From contig OZ076420.1 of the NCBI GenBank assembly GCA_964187785.1, positions 20,212,001 through 20,276,000 of the forward strand: 64,000 bases of DNA. The letters are read 5' to 3'. This document shows positions 46,201 through 59,229 of this stretch, piece after piece (position 1 is the first letter of the stretch; each line of letters opens with the position of its first letter). A program made the translations under genes and the position numbers. The notes under the pieces were generated by a model that searched no databases, had not been told where the DNA came from, and worked only from the letters and a program-made list of their open reading frames with translations. Source of the stretch: Amphiscolops sp. MND2022. Lineage: Eukaryota.

Positions 46201-46987
46201 CGTTACATATACAGCAGGAGATGGATGCAGTATTGACAGATGATACTAAAAACACGAGCAACGTATTATAGCCTATTATTATGCGTTAATACACGAAAGT
46301 TACGTCACTATGAGATGATTGAACTGAACTGATTTTGATGAAACTTTTTTGACGTCACATTTCATTTAAAGGGAACACATCTGTTTTAAATATACGTTTA
46401 ATGATCAGACCCTAATAGCTTTTAAATGCGGGACTGAGTTCAAACAAAACTACGAAGAGGACAACACATTGAAAATGATGAAAACTTTAATAAACGTTCT
46501 TTTTATACCATTTTGTATTTCCATTGGTTCTACTCATGAAATTTAGTTAAATGTAAAATTGATTGAGAATTTCCATTGATAAGGTTCTGAGTCATTCGTT
46601 GAATTTCTCTTCAAGTTATATTAGATTTGTTTACTTATCATATAAAATGACAACGAAATGCTGTGAAGAGAATAAAGAAGGTGCTGTTAGCGGGAAAACC
46701 CTGAAGAATCACCTTAAAAGGACTTGTTTACACCTTGTTGATGATGGAACCCATTGCTTCATAGCAAAGGAAACCCTTATAAGGGGATTGTGGAATATTG
46801 TTGACATGACACTCATTTTTTCCGCGGGTTTTCCTTATTTTTCACCAGGAAATCATAAACTAATCACCATATGGTCTATAGCCGAGTCAAAACCAGTTGC
46901 TCACATTAAACTTCACTGAATAATCTCAAAAGAACTATCATCCAAGGCATAAGTTACTTTCATCGTAAACCCGACACTAAAGTGGGA

Positions 46988-48052
46988 ATGGACAGACTAC
47001 AAATCAGACTGGACGATCTGATGGACACCTTTGGATCATCGCCTTCTGTAATAGATATCTCTAGTGAGAGTGGAGAAGAGTTCACTGTTGAACCCGGGAA
47101 TGTGAATGCAATTGAGGAAAGATTCCGAGTGGGTGCTCCAGGATCAAACGCAGTGACTGCCTTTGCCGGGGCAGCCGCCATGACTCTTTTTCCCCAGTCA
47201 ACAGTGTCACAGTTAGACACAGAAATAATAGATACTGCCGGATCGCAAATAGAAAGACAATTGCTTGACCTGATTGATGAACACCAGAGCAATCATTCAA
47301 TGACACCGTCTTCATTTGTGAGTTCAGAATTTGAACAATCACCTGAATCTCCGGATGACCAGGAAATGACCCAACAACCCCCACTAAACAGCTACGGCAG
47401 ACCATCAGCGGCATTTCTTCCTACCCCGAGAGAAAGGGACAGGGGCAGAGGATTACCACGAAGATCACGACCTAACTACCCACCGGGCTTTAGTGCTGAT
47501 ATCAGTCATTTTACCGACCTGGGAGACAACATCTCAGAAGTCCAAACAGCTGATCACAATAATGTGAACGATTATCTTCATAAAAGGCCTCCTGGTGCTG
47601 CTGCTGCTAACTCACACCTCACAAACCCAAATCAACTAACAAACCCAGTACCACTGATGATACAAATTCCATCAGTCATACCTAACTTTGTGGCAGTTCA
47701 CAACGACCCACCAGTGCCTCCATTTATACAACAAGCCTTCATCGTACAGGCGACACACAGTACAAATATATTATTTCTACCAGCGGAAGAAAGAAATGTT
47801 TACCGATTATCACCAACAGTCATGCCTAATATTGCAGGGTTCTGCGATTGGTGCCGTAAAACTTATGATCAGATAGCCCTTGAGATTTTAGGCGAATACC
47901 TTCTTGCAACAGCCTACGAAGCCGAGACAGTACGTGATCGAAATGTACGTTCCCGTGCCTTCATAGATGGATTTGAAGCAGCCCTATTCACCTTTAAAAA
48001 TGCGGGACTGTTGCAGCCAAGTACCTGCATGGGAGACGGAGTGAAACGCTGA
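46988..48052 (+). CDS. Gypsy-B ORF3, 354 aa, mostly low-complexity, with a CxxC-containing C-terminal region
   Basis: Intact ORF from ATG 46988, reads through the PPT and stops 44 nt inside the 3' LTR. Motifs VIDISSESGEE, RGRG, FCDWC. No signal peptide or TM segment. Confidence 0.78.
   Translation: MDRLQIRLDDLMDTFGSSPSVIDISSESGEEFTVEPGNVNAIEERFRVGAPGSNAVTAFAGAAAMTLFPQSTVSQLDTEIIDTAGSQIERQLLDLIDEHQSNHSMTPSSFVSSEFEQSPESPDDQEMTQQPPLNSYGRPSAAFLPTPRERDRGRGLPRRSRPNYPPGFSADISHFTDLGDNISEVQTADHNNVNDYLHKRPPGAAAANSHLTNPNQLTNPVPLMIQIPSVIPNFVAVHNDPPVPPFIQQAFIVQATHSTNILFLPAEERNVYRLSPTVMPNIAGFCDWCRKTYDQIALEILGEYLLATAYEAETVRDRNVRSRAFIDGFEAALFTFKNAGLLQPSTCMGDGVKR
47996..48008 (+). promoter_or_regulatory. Gypsy-B polypurine tract (imperfect, AAAAATGCGGGAC)
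   Basis: Directly precedes TGTTGC at the 3' LTR start. Confidence 0.5.
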
Positions 48053-49501
48053 AAAGGTGAATGAGGACTGGTAGTAACTTGAAGTTCCACAACTGATTTT
48101 ATGATATGTTATGTTTGTTTTGCATCTGTTTTATTGAGGTCATGTAAATATGCTATTTTGGGTAAAATTGTTAGTTCTGTTGATTTTGTTCTTTTAGATG
48201 ACTTAATACATCTTAGATTGTATTGAGGTTTAGTTTTGCATGTTCGGTAATCAAGTTGATGAGTCATGAAGTTGAGATTTACGTAATATGTGATTCACAA
48301 TCTCTTCTGGAAACAATATGTCTTGATCATTGTGCGGTAACATACATTTCAAGATAGTACGTTAATGCGTCAACATACGTTTCGAGTGAAAGTGTATATA
48401 CGCCAAAATGCGTCATTTCCGCATAAGTGCTTATATGCGGTAATATGCGTTTCGATGCATAATGAATACTAGTCAACATGCCTTTTTAGCAGTGTTGCTC
48501 TCCAAATTAATGATGTAGTGAATCTTAATGTTGATTAGTCATGCAAATACCATTCTTAAGTAATTCCATACTTTCCTCTAGGGTTTCCTAGACCTTATCA
48601 TTTCGTACTTGATTGTCATTCCTCCAGGGCCTTTGTACTATAAATAGTTTGATGTTATTGTGATGTAATTCTATTTATACGTTTCCCAAAGGGTGATGCC
48701 CGTTAAAAGGGATGTCATGATTTTTATAGACGGCTAGGTTAACTTGATGATACACAACTTTTCCAATTCTACTCAAGTGCAGTCGCTTTAAAATCTACAA
48801 TTTTCTTCTGCAAACTTTCATCTTTCCTATAGTTTTCTCTTTCCAATTTGGTTTTGCCAAATAAAAGGATCAATTCAAATTCTTCCCCAATAACTGCAAT
48901 TCATTTTTCAATTGAGAAAGGATGGGAAACAAAAGAAATAGACGATCTAGAAGGCTAGAAACTCCATCCCCAGAGAGGGAGATAGAGAGAACTCAGACAG
49001 AGACACCGATATCAGGTAATGTGACTTTAACTAATAATGATACGGTTATTCAAAGTAATTTAGGTGAAAATAACTCTGATTTCAACTTGGTCGAACCCAG
49101 CCAAATTAGCAATGAGATACAAGTTTGGACTCAAATAATGGAACAAAAAAGCAACGACAGAATTGAAAAGATGCGAGAAGAAATGGATAACAATTTAGAA
49201 GCAATTCTAAGGGAAATAAAAACTAACAAAAGCTCATCAACAGTGACAAACCCAAGATCAGATATAAATGATATACAAGAAAATCAGCAATCGGGATCCA
49301 GAATAGATGGGTCTATAGGAGTTCACGCATCTAATATCGAGAATCCAGATTCTGAAAATGAAGTTTTTCCTCCCAGGGTTTCTAAAATGAAAGACTTGAA
49401 ACATCCTGCAAAACCTTTGTTTCGAAGTGAATCCGATGTAGATGTAACTATACACTCAGACGAAGAGTCTGACGCTGAAAACCTAGATGAGGATTATCAC
49501 A
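48009..49501 (+). repeat. Gypsy-B 3' LTR (1,493 bp)
   Basis: Matches 33696-35196; followed by the TSD TCAAC. Confidence 0.93.
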
Positions 49502-50819
49502 TCAACCTATGCAATTTGAACCGTTGCCAATTCAACCGCGCACAATTTAAACCTATTGCATTTTCAACAGTCCACAATTTCGACCTAAACTAATCTTGGC
49601 TATTTAATCTTAATCCATTCGGTTGAGCTATTATTTCAATACAATAATTACTAATGAATCAAACAGTTTCAAGTAATGGTACTTATTCATGAAGAAGCCA
49701 AATTGTATCAGAACTGGCGTAAAATTTGGTACCTTTGAATTTAGAAATGTTTGAAAGTTAAAATCACCAAAATAATTATATAACTAATTAGCCAAATAGT
49801 TGATGTCGCATGCGACTATTAACCAAAATAGTTGAGGTCGAAGGTGCGGACGGTTGAAAATGCAAGAGGTTCAAACTGTGAGCGGTTGAAATGGCATCGG
49901 TTCAAATTGCATAGGTTGAAATTGCATTGGATGATAAAATGTCCTGACACCCCATTTATGATGCGCAACGAGCTGCCAGTTATATTTTTTGCTTATTCAG
50001 TTTACAGTTTGCAACGTTAACCATCTTCACTAAAGTTTTTTAAAATTGTTCTTGGACTATTCGTTTTTGATCAACGCTGTCGGTTATCTCGACAAAGAGT
50101 AAGCAAGATCCAGTCTCCGGCTCAGTTGATGAATTTCTTCCGTTTGATGGATACACGTCGCTACGTGTCCATCTTAAGTGCCTACATGAAAACGTTTTTG
50201 TCCCAGTTGTTTTAGAACGCAGTATCTAGTGGTTTATGATTCGAAAACTCCAAGTTTGTCTCCAATAGCGTAAATTTAGCAGTATTTTACTGCCCATTCA
50301 ATGGCGAGTAGCGCTGGTTAGTTTGTAGAGTGTTTCGATTCATAATCACTCAACTATTCAGCGTTGCACGAAAAGAGTCCCAGTCTCTTTTTGTGTTCCT
50401 TTGGATCAGGAGCGTTGCTAATCCTTCATAGCTCGCATTGCAAACAATTTGCAAGTTGTTCGCATTATCGACCTAATTATTCGTTTTACGCTTGTTTGTA
50501 CTTTGATAGATGTTTCAAGTTCTTTCTCTTTTCAGACAATCTGGAAAAAGTTCTGCTGTTTGCTCTAGACGGAGTTTGAGCTTGGTTACCTGGTTCATTT
50601 CTACGAGGTAGGATTTTAAGACTACAAAACATTCTGGTTTCATTGTTTTTGGCATTTCCTTGTAAACTATGGTATGCGGTTTCATATCTTCCTTGCATTC
50701 ATCATCCCAACAAATTCAATTTTTTTCTCCGCTACTCACATTTGTCTTCTTCCAGCTGAAATGTTCTATCTACATTTTTATTCGGCGCGTCTCCTAAGAA
50801 AAAGTTTCCCGACTCTTAG

Positions 50820-51450
50820 AGCGGCTAGTTTTTTCAGTACAGAGGTCATTCGATTTAGGGAGAACCCAGTGGTCACGGGTTAGAGTCCCTGTTCAGCCAA
50901 AACCTTTTTTGTGAATTTGCCAAACCGGACTAAAGGGTCCCCATTTCAATTTTTTGGCACTCTGAGACATTTTAAAACCTTCCGAGTGGTCGCCTTTCAT
51001 TTTTTTTCGATATTTTGCAACAAACTGCATTCTCAACAAACCCAAATGGTCCCCTTTTCACATTTTCAGCACTGAGAATGGCCAAATGATTATTGTTAGT
51101 CTTACAATTTGTTTTTCTCAGTGGACCAGTACGCTATAACCGAATTTCGTTTTGTTAAAACCATGGTTTCTTCAATACTATGCGATTTTTTTCCAATTTG
51201 TTTCAATCGCCGCCTCGACTTTCACTAGAAACAAAACTTTTTGCGACCATAGACAACACCTTAGGGTTTTCAACACAATGAGACATTTTTCGAGAGAACA
51301 AAATTTGTATGTTTTTCATAACAAGAGGGTTTTTTGTTGTGTTGTTTCGAGTTGGTGAAAAAGTGGTTTCTGAGAATTATGCGTATCGCTTTGAGAATTT
51401 TTTTGTAAAAATGATAACATTCAAACTATAATTTGCATATTTAAAAACAT
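50820..51450 (+). repeat. Interspersed repeat, possibly with a tRNA-like head, with internal GGTCCCC.TTTCA..TTTT..GCACT units
   Basis: Units near 50935 and 51048, with a related motif at 58846-58880. Weak B-box-like GGGTTAGAGTCCC at ~50877. Confidence 0.35.
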
Positions 51451-54400
51451 TACTCTTTTGCATCTTGAGCAGGGTTCTGACTTGGGCCGTTTCAGGCGTT
51501 TTTGCAGAAAATGTAAACTTTTGAAAACCTCAGTAAACGTTTACTGGTGCTCTGCCTTGGCTCCCCTGTTACCAATATTATTGATTGTTTCCATTATTCA
51601 TTGTGAAAAACATATTGTATTTAATGAAGAAAAAAATCTTCGGCGTTCTGTGAATCCATTTTGAGACAGTTATTATTTGCATCTGATGTTGTCGCATTTA
51701 ATTGACTAATCACAGTGCTTGTCTTGTTCAGGGTCCCGCCGATGGAAATTTCAGGATTTTTTTCAAACAATGTCTTTTGCGGTCCTTGAACTGCGGTCAT
51801 ATCACACAACCATCATTTTTCGTCTTTATCTTGATTTCCTAACCTGTCAACCAGTCTCGCCCTATCACTGTCCGCGATCCATCGTCTGCTACTAATGCTC
51901 CAACTTTGGCCTTCTCCCGACTCTAATTGTATAATGCGCCCCCCTGAGAAATTAGGATCTGTTACTACTAAAATCGATAATTCTCGCCTTTTCTTCGAGA
52001 TGTTGGACATTGATAGTGTACTTGTAGTTTTTCCAGGATCCCTTCTTTACACGGGTTTTGGTGAATATGGCTAGAGACGAGCCAATGTCCTTAGGAGCGT
52101 ATAATGGTTTGCTTTTGAGTTTTTCTCTCAGGGCAATTGTCTTAGTTTCGCAGGCTTCTTCGCCCAATTGCAATTTCTCTAAGTGCTCTGGTTTTTAATT
52201 GGAACTGCTCCGCTGCTCTTTTTTGATTGCTTGCGCTCACATTATATGTGCTCTAGTGTTGTTTTTCTGCTTTTCTGATAGCTTGGTGTTACAATTTCTC
52301 GCGTAATGTTCTGTTTCCGAATCTTTCTGTCACTTATCGTTTCTCGATTTCCATATCTTCTGAAGCCAGATCACGAAAGATTTCTCACTCTATTCATAAC
52401 ACGCGTTGTTCCTCTCGACGACAAACCTTGTTCCTGTCTAGTGAAAACACATTTAAGGCAAATTGGTTTCTCTTGTTGTACGTCTTATTCGAAAGCGATG
52501 TGAAACGTCAGAGCTTATTCCTCTCTGTGCTATATGAATAAGCGTTCTTGTACCATTATGTTCCTTGTGTTGGACCCGGAAACGTCTTAGACTAGGCCTG
52601 TGATCTGATTGCCATAGTCGCAGTCAGCCGCATGACCGTGCAGAGCGTGCCATAACTGTTCTAGAGTCGTTTCCCCAAAAAACCAATGGCGATTGTTGTC
52701 ACAATCAAAGGTTTTTAAATGGTTTTCACGCTTCTTTACTCTTTTGTCTAGTTCAACGAGTATTTGTCATAGAAGGATTTAGGTTCTCTTGTTCAAGATT
52801 TAGATACCTCTCTCCGAGCTGCAAGGTTTTGAGACCGAATATCGGCATTTGTAGCACTCGTATCACATAAAACTGTGTAGCTCTAGTTGAACGATTTTCG
52901 AGATTAATATAGAGGCATTAGTGTCTTTGAGACCACATAAATCTACTCGACACTTTTTTGTTCACATGTCAAAAAATCAGACCTAAATTGAACAAGGAAA
53001 TAGTGTATGTTAATAAGAAGACATAGCTAATCGAGGAGGAAGTTTGATGGAAATCAATGTTAGACAAAAGCGTGAATTAAATGCTGAAAGTTACTGACGG
53101 CAGAAACTTAGTTGCAGAAAATTGTTACAAATACTTTTTAAATCTATAAAGAGTTCCAAGGAGCATTCAAAGCTGACAATCTTGTTTTTTGACAGGTTTG
53201 ATAAAATTTGTATTTGAAACATTGTCACGTCAACTTAGAATGCTATTGTAGAATAGTGAGCAAAACGGACATTACTCCCCATAACTAGTACACTCGTGAT
53301 CACTTCGTATTATTTAACGCCTGCCATTTTTTTGACCACTTCAAGCAACTTTTTTGACACCAACCGAGTTCCATCAACAAATTGTTATCAAATTTTTCTG
53401 CTTGAACAGCATTTTGACTTCTGAAACACTTCGAATTGTGTCTCGAAAGAAACTCACCAAAAGAAACGCAAGTTCCTTATTGCAAGTAGTTCAAACATTT
53501 TGCTTCAGGAACAAGCTCTTCAAAAGTGTTTTCATAAAGAAAGACTGAAATGTATAAAATTGGCGGTGAAATCGACAAAAATCACTCGCACTTTCTTTCC
53601 AATGCTCAAGTTTAAGAGCAGAAAAGCCTGTTGAGTGCTTATTACGTCATTCTACGTGTTCCAAAAACGATGGTCATAATTGTACATGATTTTCAAAGAC
53701 CTAGTTTTTGTTTTTTTTTTGTTTTCATCAAAACCGACTCCCAGATAGCCGAACATGTGGTAGATTGTATAGCCGAACTGTAAGAATGAAGAATAAATTT
53801 ATAGAAACGAATTGAATTCCCAATTGTGATTGGTTGCGTTGGTCGACAGTGACCTTTTAATGATTAAATTAATATGTAACTTTGCTCCAGTCCGAGCAAC
53901 TGAAAGTCAAAGTTTTAGTTCGCTTATTTCGTAGTCCAATCAGGTTTGAGGTCGACTTTACATTCGTTCTTCCTAAAGTTAAAGGAACGGCTACCAGCCG
54001 AACTGGCCAAACAAACCGCCGAAATTTCGTCTTGGTTAAACCTAAATTTCAGAGTCACTAGATTTACAATCCAAAACTAAGTCAGTTTCATTTACTAGTT
54101 GACCCTGAAACATCGGGACAAATATTTTCATCCCCTAGTTGAAATTGCTGGAAACATTTCTTGCTTTTAAAGGTTGCAGGGCTGGCTAATGTATTAGGTT
54201 TTTGGGAGCTGCTTAGAGAAGTTTTTATGCTCAACATTTTCATGCTGTGTGATTGATTTTTCAGGTATTTATCAAGATTTCTCTACAATTTGGCATAGGA
54301 AGAAGTTGTAACATCAAGGTAATCTCAAGGAAGAAGTAACATCAAGGAAATTAAGGACAAATTTCCCTCGAAAAGTTGTAGGTTTCGTTGGAAAGGCCTC

Positions 54401-56199
54401 GAATTTTGCAAGAACAGCCGCTACAATATGACGTTAACAAATAGTCAACGAGTACCCATGTGGCAAACAAATTCGTATAACTGGACTTTTTTGAGGGGAT
54501 AATTGTTTATTTGGCTTCCGAACTGTTGGAAAATGCAATATTTATAACATTCCGTGTTTGGAAAAACAAAAAACGTTTTCATATTGAAGTTCTATACAGT
54601 ATTTTTGGACAACTACTTTGAGAGCGGAAAATTAAAATCAGCTGTTTTGATTTGCTTAAATTTCAAATTTTTCAAACTTTTTTGAGTCACGAAATAGTGA
54701 AAAAACTGAAATACTGGAGAAAAGATTATTGAAGGCTTTTTAAAGTTCACTTCTGTTCCAATTGTTTGCTGATCACTAGTTCCACAATTCTTAATTGTGA
54801 AGCAACAAGACGCATTCTGAGCTCTTGGATATATCCGCCCTGACCAATTTTAACGACAAAATTTTTCCAAAAATTATTTGCGAGTAGCCAATGCAATACG
54901 AAACTTGCCCAGAGTTCAAGTATTCTGAAATTTTCTAACTTTTTCGTCCGTTTGATGCCCCTATTTTGAAACTTCTCTTTGTTCCAATAAAAAGCTTGTT
55001 AAGTAGCTAATTGTTGTATCATTGAAATTTGTAGACAATCAATCAAATCCACTGAAAAATGAAAATTTAGATGTTTTTGTGTGATGTTTCTGGAAGAAAT
55101 TGATAAATCCCCACAGATTCTTACGCTACGAATCTAACTTTTAGTGGTTGAATTTTGTGAACAACCTCTATCTTTCAAGTATGGGATGGTAATCAATCAA
55201 AACTTGGAAAAAGACCGCTAAGAAAAAATATTTTCCCTAATGGCATGAAAGCAGAAAACAAATAGTTCGATGGTGTTTTAATCAGAATTCAAGATGCATT
55301 CAGTCGAAGTTTAGTTGCATTGCCAAATCGTAAGAAACTGAAAAATTTAAAGATACGGACACAATCAAAGGCTAATGCCGCAATGTGGTTCGACCTCTTG
55401 AAAATAACTGTGAACTGGGTAAAAATATCGAGACGATTCTTTCTGAAAACAAAAAAGCCCAATCTTAATTTGGTTTCTTTCATGAAGACGTCAATTCATT
55501 CAAAATTCAATTTTAATTGATATCATCCAAACAACTTCAATTGATATTACAAATTACGTTATGATGTGTTGTGATAGGTGACATGACTGATTGCTTATTT
55601 CATTCCTTGCCGAATTGGCCTAAGTGAGGTACATCCGAGGTGTGAAACGAGCGTGCAAGGCTATTCTGAGAGCGAAAATGAGTCAGGGGATAAGAACAAG
55701 CAAAGGACTTCCGAAAAAGGAAACATATGCTAACAGGAGAACTTTCCTCAGCTCATTGCGCATTATAGTGTTAAAACAAAACGATAGATTGCATACGGAA
55801 ATGGAGATTTGAGAGGAACTTGTAAATCATTAACCAATCGACGAACTTGAATTACCAGCCGTTGTCGAGAGTTTAGAAAATTGCGTTTTCACCTGCACAG
55901 AACTTAACTTTATTCGGAACCGATTACAGAGCACTCGAACCATTGTGAAGAGGAGGTGGGACCGATGAATCAAGCGCAACAAGGCCCGGCTACTCCGGTT
56001 GCCGGAGCAATAAAGACAAATTGATATCGCTTCACAGCATATCGCCGGCAGCAATTTCGATTTTCAGTGTCTTTCCCCAAGCAATTGAACTCAAACAAGC
56101 CCGAAACGGACAATGTGATGAGAAAAATAACAACCATTCAAAAGATAGATATCCCTTCAAAAGATACCATAGAAAATACCCGTTTGAAATTGAGAATTA

Positions 56200-58200
56200 C
56201 CATTTCCGAGAAAAAAGATTGAACACTTCGAAATAAACAGCGAAATATCAGTAAGTGAACTTCAAAAATTGATCCCTTATTTAGGAGAGAAAAAGTTATC
56301 AATTTCACTGTGACGCAACAGGAAAAGTGATTGATTTCAGCAGACGGAGAAAAAGGTCCGAAAACTGGAAAACTAGTTGGAATAAGAAGTAATTTCTCGA
56401 GGCACTGAAAAATGTTGCGCAGATAACGCCTTTGTGTCGCCTTGATGTATTCATAGTTTATCAAAACCAGATCAAAGACGTTGAGCAGAAATTGTCGAAA
56501 ATGACGTCCAGTTGATTCAAAGATCAACTCAAAAGTTGAGTGAATTCGAAAGTCTTGGAAAGCTAGACGACGAGCCAGAATCACTGCTCTAGAAGTATAA
56601 ACTGATTACGCAATTAAACAAAAAGTTGCATCTGAGTGATAGAACTCAGTCTTTGAATTCCTTTAAACCCCACGAATTCTACTCTTTATGAATCACCGCC
56701 AGTCGGAACCGTACTGAGTCTGTGTTTCGATCGGTTAGAACAAAAAGAGGTCCGGATTGAATTTATTTCAAGAAATGTTAGTAGGAGTTTTAAAAACATT
56801 GACATGGTCAGGCCGGGACTCGGTGCGGACATGGATATTGGGGACCGGTTCGAACACTGTGGATCACCGCATAACCATAACTAATGACTTGGGGAAGATC
56901 TGAATCATACTCTTCTACAAGCTACTCTTCAGTAATTCCAGAAGCCAGACAAGCTAACCGAAGCTATGATTTCCTCATGGCCGGAATGGACAAAAGACGT
57001 TGGACCGCAACAAAATGTTCCGATTGTGTTAGGCAACTCCAATGCAAATCATGAGAACTGTCAAAGAAGGATCTCAACCAATTTTCTCGAAGGCTGTTCA
57101 AGTTCAATCGAAGCGTCTTCTCTCCTGTTGAAATTAACAAAAGTGATATATCTAAGATGTGAGGCCCAAGTTTAAAGCATGGACTTCAAAGTCAAGACAT
57201 ACCAGGTGGAACCCGTTCGCCATGGCCCTCCCATTGAGGACAGGTGTCCGTACCAAACAAGAATCGGAACAATCAAAATTCACAAGTGTTTCACAAAATG
57301 TCCAAATAATTATGCCACCATGATGGCTACTCTTAAAGTAAATTCCACAAAAAAGTAAAAAGGACCAACAACTGTCTAGAAACCCGTCAAGGACTCGGAA
57401 CACGCAGCTGATAATTGATATAACAAGACGACAAAAGGATTATAAATTCCGCCAATATAGAAAAAGTGCAGACGACCCGAGGAGACGAACAAGAGGAATT
57501 GATTGTAGAGGTTTTTTCTCTGATTGAGATCAATTTGCCAAAAAGTGTTTCTGGAAGAGATCAGTTATGCAGTTGCTTATGGTCCGCTTGCTTAGGGCCC
57601 GCTATCTCTTCACAGTTAGCATTACACAAACATTTTCGAGGAAGCTACTAGAAGACACCTGCCAGTTCCTTCAGAGACCTGCTAGCATTGGGTCGTAACA
57701 CTGAGCAACCGTGAAACACTTTCAAAGTCTCTTGCGAAAAAGCAACCCGCTTGCCTTGATCAGGAGAGTCGTATTCACGTTGTGTTTCAACTAGTGTTGG
57801 GCAATTCACTCTGATCTGGACGGACATATTTTAAGTAGAAGGCTGCAGCGTGGACTAGGTGAAGGCCGTCAGCCAAGTGGTAATACTTTGTAGAGTACCG
57901 AGCTGGAAATCTGGGTACCCTAGTGTTTGCAGATAATGATCTGGGATCCTCGAACTACTGTAGTAAGCAACGTCTTGTCACCAATGGTATTCGTGGGTAC
58001 CTCAGAACTTTCGGGTCTGCCGCCCCTCATTTGGGATCGGACCTCTCCTCAGTTATTATGTGAATTCTACAGAGAAGAGCCGAAGAACGTTTTTGAACGA
58101 TGTTTATCAAATAGGTTATCTTAAAAACGAGAAATTTCTCCGAAGAGAAGTTTCAGCCGAAAAGGTCTTTGGAAAGTGAACGAGGAGTAGTAGACAGGCC
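56200..58200 (-). pseudogene. Possible heavily decayed LTR-retrotransposon pol (BEL/Pao-like)
   Basis: Scattered weak motifs in the expected order: LRRGPIPN, TIGDKT, YKVLPLG*RPSP, IHVRTESRPD, VFGPF. Many stops, and some spacings do not fit. Confidence 0.3.
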
Positions 58201-59229
58201 TATGAAGGCAATTTCTGAATATATAAAGACACGTTAACGATAATTATACCCTGACTCATGATTGTGTTTGCAGCAGAAGTACTGAAACGTATCCGAGGTT
58301 GAAATTACGTTGGATTTTCCATTCACATGAGACATGATCATCCAAATTTCAAACCCCTTCTGGGGTTTTGAACGTTTTACTGAACACAAAAATGTTTCGT
58401 TTTCAGTCGAGGGAGTTCAACTGGTTTTGGGAATCGAACACAAGCACATACTTCTTCATATTCTGTTCAACAGCGTGTGCGAAGCTGCTCTTCAACTGCT
58501 CTTCAGGTTAACCCCATACTCTCAAACATACTGAACTTTTTACCTTTTTGGTCGGTGCATTTTTCAATGAAATTTTCTGAACTATTACAGTGACATGTTC
58601 CTATTTGTCAGACCACAGAATATCTATAAAAGGGCCACATTTTACTGAGTTTTCACCTTGAATCTCGAAAGTACCCAAAGAAGCTGGAGGATCCAATTCT
58701 GAAACTGCATGAGCCCAAAATGTCTCTCCTTGGATGTTTTTGATGCGATATTTGTTTTGAAACTTGTCATTCCACCAAGTTGTCCCTCTCTACTTTTTGA
58801 AAATGTTTTCGGGTGGAGAAAAAGTTTTGTCCAGTTCTGTCTATAAGGTCCCCATTTCAACATTTTTGACACTAAGATTTATCCTAATTTTCGACAAAAT
58901 AGTTTTTCAAACTAATTTTTGAAATTTCGAGCACTAAGCAGGGCACTAAGATTTTTCTTATCTTTTCTTTTTCCTCAGGTGCTCAAATCAAGTGCGACAC
59001 TGCTGTATTTAAAGTTACAAATCAAATCTAATTGAAAAATCATTTTTCAGTTTTGTTAATATCCTGAACCATACTTTCTGACGTAATATTTTAAAAAGTT
59101 CACTTCACAGTAATTCTACGTTCAACTGAAGTGTCCAAAAACATCATTATGCACCCGGGGGTTTTTACCACGTCGATAGGTAGTAAAATATTTTGTGAGG
59201 GGAATGGGCAAATGAAATAATTTGTTCAG

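Larger units (their letters stand above)
33696..49501 (+). mobile_element. Ty3/Gypsy LTR retrotransposon Gypsy-B, 15,806 bp, defective copy
   Basis: LTRs 33696-35196 and 48009-49501 (TGTTGC..ATCACA; about 20 substitutions plus one 8-bp indel by eye), perfect 5-bp TSD TCAAC (33691-33695, 49502-49506), gag/pol remnants in Gypsy order. Confidence 0.95.
33661..49953. mobile_element. ~480-bp MITE split by Gypsy-B (pieces 33661-33695 and 49507-49953)
   Basis: Rejoined left end (GGGTTACATGACATTTTGTC..TTTTCAAC|CTATGCAATTTGAACCG) is the inverted complement of 49826-49953. ATTTAT flanks both ends (33655-33660, 49954-49959). Confidence 0.7.

Noticed and set aside
55600-56600. GPCR-like or coiled-coil pseudogene
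   Set aside because: Hydrophobic and charged patches occur on opposite strands with many stops; no family motif is convincing. A decayed integrase is equally possible.
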